Source: an uncultured Chloroflexia bacterium
GTDB lineage: Bacteria > Chloroflexota > Chloroflexia > QHBQ01 > JADMIH01
Direction of reading: 5' to 3'
Length of the DNA: 64,000 nt
NCBI GenBank assembly: GCA_963797095.1
Contig: CAWCNY010000002.1
Location: forward strand, 928,001-992,000
In this document: positions 30,112-39,038 of the stretch, piece by piece
How positions within the stretch are numbered: position 1 is the stretch's first letter
Layout of the letters: each line of letters starts with the position of its first letter
Notes under the pieces: model-generated
What the model was told of the DNA's origin: nothing
What the model saw: only the letters and a program-made list of their open reading frames with translations
Databases searched by the model: none
Position numbers and translations under genes: made by a program

Positions 30112-33100
30112 TTAACTGCCCCCGGCAAACAGCACATCATCAAGGTAGAAGGTAGGTTGTGGGCCTCCTGTCGTGTCCTGTAGCACAATGGCTGTTATCA
30201 CCCGGCTGGTAGCACCCAGGTCAGATAGAGGTATGCTTACCTGCCTCCAACTGTTCTGGCCTATGCTCCCACCACTGATGTAGCTGTCCAGCGGCCTCGA
30301 TGTAAGGTAATTACCGTTGGCATCGGCCACATACACCTCCATCTGCTGGCCTGAGCTGGACCCACCATTCACCCAGAAGGTGAGGCGGTCATACCCTGTG
30401 GTGTTGAACCCACTGCTGCCAAGCTGCAACCCTGCCCACGAACCAGTGAACTGGACGCTGGTAGACCTGCTCCCAGCATGCACATAGGCAGTGCTCGCGA
30501 AGTTGATGTTCGACCTCCACGACCAATTCTGCCACCCGTTGTCTAGTGCATCGTCATACACCGTACTGTGCGTACCCGCAACAGAGGTAGGTGTACTCGT
30601 AGCGGGCACTGAAGTGCGTGTGGCTGTACGGGTAGGTGTAACGGTAGGAGAACCACCTGACATATGCGTAGGGGTAGCAGTTGCACCTTGGTTTGTCGGT
30701 GTCGGACTGGGTGCAGGACCCCCACCACCGAAGCGGGTGGCCTCGGATATGATGCGGTCCCTCACCGATATCCCATATGGGTTGCTCGGTGTGAAATCCA
30801 TCCGGTCACCTGTCAGAAGACATGGACATCCCTCGTTGTCGAATAGCCATGCTGTCCACCCTATGTGCCTCCCTCCACTGTTCATCGTGTTCATTAGAGT
30901 TTCGGTGTCTGACTGGCTCATCTGTGACCCTGTCCCAAACTCGGTTACCATCACGGGGTAACCTGCATCTGCCACCGACAGGAAGTAGCTCCACTCTGAG
31001 GGTGGGTCGTATGGGTGGGAGGAGTAGACGATATTCTGCCCACCGTCTGCGGTGATGGGATTGCTCACAGCTCCACTGATGTCCCTCCCCCAGTTGCTCC
31101 CTGAGGCAAGGATAAGGTGCTTCTGAGGAGAGGGGTTATCGACAGCCCGCATGGCACTCACCATCTGGTCGTACACAGGACGCAGAGTGGCCCAACTCAC
31201 AGAGTAGTAAGTACCATTCCAATCGCCTGAGTGAGGCTCAGCCTGGAGCATAAAGAGGACATTGGACTTGTTCTTGTAACGCTGAACGAGGTCAACGAGA
31301 GCCTGTTGAGCGTTAGGGTCGACCGAGGCTGTGGGAGGCTGGTCGCCATTGATAGAGGGGTAGTAGTAGCAGTAGATAATGTACATACCATTCTGTTCAG
31401 CGAGTTGTTGGTACTCATCGAGGACAGAGAGGTAGGTAGCATCACCTGCCACCACAGGGCCGGAGGCGAAGCCATGCACAATAAGGTTAGAATGCCAGAC
31501 ATTGGCAAGCTGTGGTACAGCCTGTTCTTCGAAGGACATGGAGGGATAGACCCACTCGTTACGAAGGAGATTCACCCCTCTCAGTTCAACAGGGGAGGAG
31601 TTATCGGCACGCACCACTCTACCGCCCTGTGTCTTCAGCCATGGCAAGGCCCCCCCAGCCTGTGAGGTGGGAGTTGCGGCTGCTACTGTGTTAGTGCGTG
31701 TGGGAGTGTTCACAGGAGTATCAGTGAGGGTGGGTGTTCTGGTAGCCGTAGGTGCGGCGCTTGTGGCTGTTCTAGTGGAAGTGCGCGTAGCTGTGGGTAT
31801 TGCTCCTGTAGGTGTGCGAGTGGATGTGCGTGTAGCGGTGGATACGGGGCTTGTCGGTGTGCGTGTTGCCGTATTGGCAGGTGTGTTTGTTGGAGGTGCT
31901 GAGGTTCTGGTGGCCGTTGCAGGCACGCTTGTGTTAGTCCGAGTAGCCGTCGCCGCGGTGGTCGCTGTTGCAGCCTGCCCGCCGGCAAACAGCACATCAT
32001 CAAGGTAGAAGGTAGGTTGTGGGCCTCCTGTCGTGTCCTGTAGCACAATGGCTGTTATCACCCGGCTGGTAGCACCCAGGTCAGATAGAGGTATGCTTAC
32101 CTGCCTCCAACTGTTCTGGCCTATGCTCCCACCACTGATGTAGCTGTCCAGCGGCCTCGATGTAAGGTAATTACCGTTGGCATCGGCCACATACACCTCC
32201 ATCTGCTGGCCTGAGCTGGACCCACCATTCACCCAGAAGGTGAGGCGGTCATACCCTGTGGTGTTGAACCCACTGCTGCCAAGCTGCAACCCTGCCCACG
32301 AACCAGTGAACTGGACGCTGGTAGACCTGCTCCCAGCATGCACATAGGCAGTGCTCGCGAAGTTGATGTTCGACCTCCACGACCAATTCTGCCACCCATT
32401 CTGCAACACATCATCATACACTGTTGAGCTAACGCCACTAGCGGGTGTAGCAGTTGGCGCGCTAGTAGCCGTGCGCGTGGCTGTTCGGGTAGCCGTCGCC
32501 GAATTGGCAGGCGTTGTACTGGCACCCGGAGTAGACGTGCGCGTCGCTGTACGAGTACTCGTAGCTACTGCGGTCGATGTTCGGGTGGCCGTCGCAGGCG
32601 CTGAGGTAGATGTAGGCACAGGTGTGCCTGGGGTTCCGCCCGGCAGAGGCAAAGTGCCACCGCTGTAGTATGCAGCCGCGTTGGCGCGGATGTATCCACC
32701 GTCATCGTCCGCCACCGTCGCCACCAGGTTATTCCCGTTGATCGGTGGCGGGTTGGTGATACCGTCGCCCTTAGAATCGAAGTAGTGTGATTGGCTGCCA
32801 ACTCCGGCCCCGAACATCACGCCTATCACCCCATAATTGGCCCACAGGCTCATATGAGAGCGCCCGGTCGAAGCGTTCAGGAAGTATTCAGGACGATTGT
32901 CCTGGTAGTGCCCGTCTGTGTTGTTTTCCGAGCGATATTGTTGGTTGCCGTTAGGCACCTGCCACATAAGTGCTCGCTTGTTGGTAGCCGAATCGATACG
33001 GCCAAGCCAGGCGGCTATAGTATCGAAACTGGGCTGCTGCGAGCTATCGTGCCACCAGCGGTTCGAGCCTTGCACCAGTTCGTAGTAAGCCGCGTCGCGG

Positions 33101-33925
33101 TCCAACGGCGAGAAGAAGTTGAGTGCATAGCCGGGTCCGAAGCTATTGTGGTAAGTCGCTAGGCGATCCGCATGAGCCTGCCAGTTGAAGTTTGGGTCAT
33201 TACGCAAAGAGATAGTCAAATCGGCGCCAGGACCCCATATTGACAGGTCTTGGCCGAGTACCACGTTAGGCGCGTAAAGGTCGCGTAGGTGCGCCAGCGC
33301 CTGCCAGAAGTTGCGGAAGTTATCCGCCATGCCCGCCAGTTCTGGCATCCCTGATCCACCAACCTTGGTTGGTTGAAGGGCCGAGTTGTCGCTGGTGTTA
33401 GATGAGTTCCTGCATCATCACGCCATCCAGGTCAGGCTCGATATTCACGAATGCCGCTTGCCCGTCGTTCATCTGCTGCATCAGGACCTTGAAGTCGTTA
33501 TAGTAAGCCAGCATCGTGGATGCATCGTTCAGATTGCCGTACTCATCGTAGTGAGGGGCCGATTGCAAGATCATGTAGTACACAAACCCGGGCAGGTAGC
33601 CCGCCGAGCGGGATTGCGTTACATAGTTTCTCGCGTAGCTGCTCCCCCATGTCTGCCACCCACCGCCCGTATTCACCCCGCCTGCCAGGTACTGGTAGCG
33701 ATAGTCATACGGAACGCCGGAATGCATATCTGAAAGGTTGCCATTGAAGAGACCATAGCCGAAATGGCTAGGAAAACCTCCTGGAATCGGGGCCAGCGTG
33801 GGGCTGGCCGCCTTAACGGTTGGCAATATCTGCCCGCTCAACCCGGCTGCACCTGCAACGAGAAGAACGGCAATAGCCAGTAATATTCGAATGCGCTTGT
33901 TCAATTTAACTCCTTTCACCCGCAA
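30112..33925 (-). CDS. Large secreted multidomain glycoside hydrolase (N-terminal GH-like domain, duplicated CBM-like domains, GH5-like domain), frameshifted near 33405-33411
   Basis: Signal peptide in ORF 33398-33925; the protein continues in another frame (NSSNTSDNSALQPTKVGGSGM). GH5-like motifs LRGVN, QAEPH, VYSSHPY, VMVTEFG, IGWTAW; Thr-rich linkers. Confidence 0.75.
30122..32397. repeat. Identical 416-bp direct repeat (30122-30537 and 31982-32397) encoding the CBM-like domain
   Basis: Line-by-line identity at an offset of 1860 bp. Confidence 0.92.
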
Positions 33926-34402
33926 AGCCGTGTAAGACGTAGTTTGTATGGAGAGCCTTACCAGGGGGGGTGGTTATGCGCCGTGTATGCTTGGAGCGGC
34001 GATGAACATACAAGTTAAAGCAGCAGGCATGCCAGGTCCGGCGAACAGCCCTGTGCATGAATCCGCGAGCCTATTTTTGCGCCTGGGAAAGGCAAGCGCC
34101 TGTCGATGGGCACTTGCATCGATAGCGCTAGACGCCCTGAAAATCCTGTGGAATACTCGGTTGCTTGTCTAGCCTGTAAACTCTACCAAACGGCAACAGG
34201 CAGCCGCAATAGGAATTCTAGTGCAAATCGCGTAACCATCTGCACTAAGATTTCCTACGTAATCATCCGTATGAAGCGTCTGCCAGTGCTCACTCTGGGA
34301 CTAACGGCCATCAATTGATGGCGAAAACCACAATTCTTGAAACCGCTTCCGCCTCCGCGTTGTACACTCTCAAGGGGGATTATTTTCACCGGGGAGGAGC
34401 AA

Positions 34403-35347
34403 ATGGCAAATAAGCGGCTATTTCGTTTCGGCGTGTGCCCTGGGAGCGCGCAATCGCGCAAAGACTGGGTCGAGCAGGCACGCAAAGCCGAGGACCTGGG
34501 ATACTCAACATTTCTCTTTCCCGATCACTTCGTAAACGACCTCACCCCCGTCCCGGCCCTTTCAACAGCCGCCGAAGCCACCCGCACCTTGCGCGTAGGT
34601 AGCTATGTATTCGACAATGATTTCAGGCACCCGGCCATGCTCGCGAAAGAGGCTGCCACCCTCGACCTCCTCTCGGATGGGCGCTTTGAGCTAGGCATAG
34701 GCGCAGGCTGGCACGGCCCTGACTATGAGCAGACAGGTATACCATTCGACCCGCCGGGTGTGCGCGTCGGCAGGTTGGAGGAAGCCGTTGCCATAGTCAA
34801 AGCCTTATTCGGAGAAGAGCCGGTTACTTTCTCAGGCAAATACTACACCATCAATGCCCTGCTAGGACTCCCCAGGACCGTGCAGCGCCCCCACCCGCCC
34901 ATTTTCATAGCGGGTGGGGGCAAACGCGTCCTCTCCCTGGCCGCGAGAGAGGCCGATATTGTGGGCCTGCACCTCAGGACCTATGCCGATGGCAGTGGAG
35001 GCGATGTTACAAGCACCTCAGCCGATGCTACCCTCGAAAAACTTGATTGGGTTCGCCAGGCCGCGGGCGACCGCTTTGACCAGTTGGAATTCAACGTGCT
35101 GGTTCCCCGCATCGCCATTAGCGACAATCCCAGGCAAGCAGCAGATGAGATGGCCTCCAGGGCCAACCGCCCCGGCCTCACGCCCGAATTGCTGGCAGAA
35201 ACCCCCAACGCCCTCATCGGCACGGTCGGCAGCATTATAGAGACTCTTGAGATGAGGCGCGAGCGTTACCTCATCTCATACATAGCCATTCCCTACGATG
35301 ATATGGAGAACTTCGCACCGGTCGTCGCCCGCCTGAGCGGCAAATAG
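34403..35347 (+). CDS. LLM-class, probably F420-dependent, oxidoreductase
   Basis: FPDHF, FRHPAMLAKEAATLDLLSDGRFELGIGAGW, PPIFIAGGG. Confidence 0.9.
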   Translation: MANKRLFRFGVCPGSAQSRKDWVEQARKAEDLGYSTFLFPDHFVNDLTPVPALSTAAEATRTLRVGSYVFDNDFRHPAMLAKEAATLDLLSDGRFELGIGAGWHGPDYEQTGIPFDPPGVRVGRLEEAVAIVKALFGEEPVTFSGKYYTINALLGLPRTVQRPHPPIFIAGGGKRVLSLAAREADIVGLHLRTYADGSGGDVTSTSADATLEKLDWVRQAAGDRFDQLEFNVLVPRIAISDNPRQAADEMASRANRPGLTPELLAETPNALIGTVGSIIETLEMRRERYLISYIAIPYDDMENFAPVVARLSGK

Positions 35348-35420
35348 CCTGGCGACCGGTGCGATAACCGTACCCCGTAGCACCCTAAACGGAAAACATC
35401 TAGTCTGGTAGATCAACCGT

Positions 35421-35759
35421 CTACCTTGCCTCACTGTCTCCCCTTTTCAAGACTATCTCTTTTGCAATCGTGGCGGCGCTCATTGCGGTCGGCCAGCCCG
35501 AATAGCAGGCCAGATGGGTGATCGCCTCCACCAATTCATCCTTTGTAACGCCATTGTCCAATGCTCTTTCGATGTGGCCTCGCGGCTGTTCAGTGCGGTT
35601 TAGAGCAATCAGGGCACTCACCGTTACCAGGCTGCGGTCACGCTTTGCCAGGCCTGGTCGCTCCCAGATATCGCCAAAGAGGACATTGTCTGTCAATTCG
35701 ACCAGCTTAGGCGCGAAATCGCCGACCATCTTCTGAGCTTTAGAGGGTTCTTGATTCAT
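35421..35759 (-). CDS. Carboxymuconolactone decarboxylase family protein
   Basis: LFGDIWERPGLAKRDRSLVTVSAL and HLACYSGWP. Confidence 0.88.
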   Translation of the reverse strand: MNQEPSKAQKMVGDFAPKLVELTDNVLFGDIWERPGLAKRDRSLVTVSALIALNRTEQPRGHIERALDNGVTKDELVEAITHLACYSGWPTAMSAATIAKEIVLKRGDSEAR

Positions 35760-35808
35760 GTTTATTACCCCTTTTGGTGGCGCCTCAGCGTCGAGGATGC
35801 TAGCAATG

Positions 35809-36840
35809 TTAGGGGCGAATCATTACCTTGATAGCTCGGCGCTCGTTCATAGCGGCGTATCCTTCGGCCACTCGCTCCAGTGGTAACTCCAAGTCGAATA
35901 CACGCCCAGGGTTGATGCGACCCTCCAGAACATCGCCGAGGAGTTAAGGGATATAGCGGCGCACCGGTGCTACGCCGCCGCGCAACCCGATGTTCCGGAA
36001 AATCACGGTCTGGATAGGCACCTCGACACCGTGAGGGACCCCCACAACGCCGACAATTGAGCCAGGTCGCGCAATGCCGAACGCCGTCGCCATGGACTGG
36101 CCGGAACCGACACATTCAAGACGAGCATCGACGCCAACCCCATCCGTCAGTTGAAGAACTGCCTCGATCGCTGCGTCGCCTCGCTCGGCCACAATGTCCG
36201 TCGCACCAAAAGACCGGGCCAGCGCCTGGCGGGCCGGGTTACGGCTAAGGGCGATGATCCGAGCGGCGCCCAGCCGTCGCGAAGCAATGATAGCGCATAG
36301 ACCTACGGCGCCATCCCCTACAACACCCACTACACTGCCTTGCCTGACCCCAGCACTCACAGCAGCATGATGGCCGGTGCACATCACGTCGGAGAGCGCG
36401 ACAAGAGAGCGCATTGTTTCGTCCGAATGGCCGGAGCCAGGAACCCGGACGAGCGTGGCGTCGGCGAAAGGCACGCGCACAGCCTCCCCCTGGCCTCCGT
36501 CCATGCCGTGGTTCCCAAACGAGCCACCTGCAACGCAGTTCGACGGCCATCCAGCGCGGCAGTTTACGCACGTGCCATCGCAGTAGGTGAACGGGGCTAT
36601 TACGAGATCGCCTTTAGAGATCCCCTGCACCTCCGCCCCGACATCCTCTACCACACCGATGAACTCGTGGCCGATTGGACCAAGAGCGTGTGGCGACTCC
36701 CCACGGTAGTACCACAGATCTGAGCCGCAGATGCAGCCTAGCACCACCCGAACTACGGCGTCAGTTGGCTCAACAATCACGGGATCAGGCCGCTCACCGA
36801 CTTCTATCGAGTAGGGGCCGCCATAAATAGTCGCATTCAT
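35809..36840 (-). pseudogene. Zinc-dependent alcohol dehydrogenase with premature TAA at 35944-35946
   Basis: CICGSD, GHEFIG, CDGTCVNC, GDGAVG. The frame continues past TAA as LLGDVLEGRINPGRVFD...ERRAIKVMIRP*. Confidence 0.82.
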
Positions 36841-36887
36841 GGTTGTTTCCCTCCATTACATCGGAGCAGATATTCGAGCATAAGGTC

Positions 36888-36918
36888 ATTATATGCAAGT
36901 TAGAGCGCTCTAAGTCAA
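36888..36918 (-). promoter_or_regulatory. MerR-type promoter/operator for adh-cmd
   Basis: TTGACT-N19-TATAAT with the perfect dyad TTAGAGCGCTCTAA in the spacer. Confidence 0.85.
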
Positions 36919-37062
36919 GAGCCAGTTTTTTCTAGTAGACGGCAAGAGGCATCGCGGAAGCGGTGAATTCGCGCACCTGCATGATAGCAAGTTGACCAGC
37001 CAAGGTTATAGATCTCGAAAAGACCTACATTCGTGCTCAGATGTTTATTACAAACAAAGAAG

Positions 37063-37089
37063 AAGCCCTACCAAAACGGTAGAGCTTTT
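37063..37089 (-). terminator. Terminator hairpin; near-copy of the one downstream of tRNA-Asp
   Basis: AAGCCCTACCAAAACGGTAGAGCTTTT versus AAGCTCTACCAAAAGGTAGAGCTTTT at 46544. Confidence 0.75.
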
Positions 37090-37090
37090 G

Positions 37091-37104
37091 GGCGGAAGTG
37101 ACGG
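37091..37104. repeat. att-like copy 1 of the tRNA-Asp 3' end
   Basis: GGCGGAAGTGACGG is 13/14 identical to 46571-46584. Confidence 0.8.
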
Positions 37105-37233
37105 AGATTGCACCGTCACTTACGATCTTTCCAGCCTCAAGTTGCATCAGCAGCAAGAAATCGTTGAACCTATTCTACTCTTGCCTCATCCGAAAAGTCA
37201 AGGTCGGTATGCTGTACGGGTGCGCGCCATCGT

Positions 37234-38740
37234 TTAGGCGACTTTTCTGAGAGGGCGAGTTTTGGGCCAGCATTGCTCCCACCTCTCACTGAGCAGTTCG
37301 GCTCTCAGTGTCAGCACCCCTTGTGCTCCTGGTTTGCTCCAACACATGCCTGCTCCCTTGAGACGGGCACCAATCAGCCGCTTGCATGCACTCTCCACCG
37401 TGCCTGAACCAACTGGGAAGCCCAATGCCCGGTACTCGGAGTAGCGCATCCTCTCTTTGTTCGTCTGAAAGTAATAAATCTGCTCTCGTGCCGCTTCTCC
37501 CGCCTCCCCTTCACGTTTGCTCTCTCTGTGTAGAGCCACAATGACTGCTTCTACCCTTCCCTCCCATAATTCCTTCTCCCAACGCTTCACCCATCTTGCG
37601 GCGTCTGGTGTGCCCTGCCCGAAGATACCATTACCTGCTTGCCACAGGTGCTCCATGGCGTGATACCAGTCGAGTACCTCTACCCTGTTGGCAAAGTGCT
37701 CATCGAACTGTATCCAGTTGGTGGGTGCCCCATCTCCCAGACATACAACCTGCTCCTCAGGGCCTATCCCTCTCCTCCATGCTTCAGCACTCAACCGCTT
37801 TCCTGCCCGCTCCATCGAGCCGACCTCCGCCACATAGCTCTGATGGGTGGCTCTTGCCCCCTCTATCTCTCCTGCTTCGTTGTATGCAGGCTCGGCCCAA
37901 AACACCACTCCCGCTTTAGCGTCATGCCACCCATCTTCGTAGCGCACCTTGCCAGCGTCCAGCGTCGCCGCCCATGTGCCCAAGCCCAATGCTCCATCTG
38001 CAACCTTTGAACCTTTCTGAGAGGTGGGACTTGCCCCTAGCGTTTGATCTTCTGCTTGCAAGCTCTCCTCTCCTCTTGCAAGCTCTCCTCTCCTCTTGCA
38101 AGCTCTCCTCTCCTCTTGCAAGCTCTCCTCTCCTCTTGCAAGCTCTCCTCTCCTCTTGCAAGCTCTCCTCTTGCAAGCTCTCCTCTAATGTAAGCCCCCT
38201 CTGTTCAGTCATGCGCTCGGCTTCTCTTGGAGAGACCGACATGCCAGTGAGTACCTCCACTGCATGTGCAGCCTGCTCGAAAGGCATCTGCACACCCAGC
38301 AGGCACACTCCTTGTTGCACTCCGTCCGAGAAGTGTTCCCGTGCGGGTATGCCTAGAGCCTCATCCAGCGGGTAGCGTCCGGTGCCACACCCTTTACAGT
38401 AGAAGTAACCTCTCTCCAATGTGACCGTGCCTACCCATGTTTGCACAGTGCGCCGCTGCTTACCCTTGTACTGGGGTGTCTGCCCGCAGTCACACTGCTT
38501 GTGCCCAAGCAGCCATTCTTCCTCTATCATGGCACGATGCAGTTGGGCTGCGGCTTCTAAGGCTGAGGCGAAACAGTCCGAGCGCAGTTGACGTGCTCTT
38601 TCTTCGAGACTGCTCAAAGTAGCATCCGGGTTGCGTTGAGCATATATCCAAAGTTGTTTGACGAGCCCCTCAAATTCCTTCACAATACTAGTGAGGGCAG
38701 GTGACAGGTCGCAAACGGCCTGAAACTCGCTACTCTGCAT
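37234..38740 (-). pseudogene. ISKra4-family transposase frameshifted by an internal tandem repeat
   Basis: N-terminal part has CDCG...YFYCKGC...PLDEALG; C-terminal part has CLGDGAPTNW, LDWYHAMEHL and GSGTVESACK. Confidence 0.85.
38055..38184. repeat. Tandem repeat: 5 x 20 bp (CTTGCAAGCTCTCCTCTCCT) plus 2 x 15 bp
   Basis: Read directly from the sequence. Confidence 0.9.
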
Positions 38741-39038
38741 GATACCCTCCAGGATTTCGGCCTTAGCCGGGATGTCTTCACCTAGAGGGTATCATTTTTC
38801 TTTCCTTCCTAAAAGATGGCGCGCACCCATGCTGTACCACTTACCCAAATACCTAAAGAGCAATGGGAAGACGCGGTCCAGCGCCATAGGAAAGGCGAGA
38901 GCTTGCGGCAACCGGCAAAGGAATATGGAGTTTCACACGAAGCTATTCGGCAAGTTCTGATGCGATATGGCAGTCACGAGTTGTAAGGCTTCCCTGGGTA
39001 TCAGGAATACGTCCATTTGAGGATAAAGGTATAGGCCG

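Larger units (their letters stand above)
37218..38828 (-). mobile_element. ISKra4-like insertion sequence
   Basis: 21-bp TIRs GGGTGCGCGCCATC(G/T)TTTAGG. 9-bp TSD ATGCTGTAC at 37209-37217 and 38829-38837. Confidence 0.88.
37091..38986 (+). pseudogene. att-linked HTH protein tail, copy 1, interrupted by the ISKra4-like element
   Basis: Removing the IS and one TSD copy gives GGSDGDCTVTYDLSSL...KSQGRYAVPLTQIPKEQW...GESLRQPAKEYGVSHEAIRQVL, 58/85 identical to copy 2. Confidence 0.75.

Noticed and set aside
30122-32397. DGR template/variable repeat pair
   Set aside because: The copies are identical with no adenine-specific mismatches, and there is no reverse transcriptase.
33950-34330. Riboswitch (c-di-GMP or c-di-AMP) upstream of the glycoside hydrolase
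   Set aside because: No recognisable consensus motifs on either strand by eye. An Infernal scan would be needed.
38055-38184. Possible CRISPR array
   Set aside because: Head-to-tail repeats with no spacers, inside a transposase, and no cas genes.
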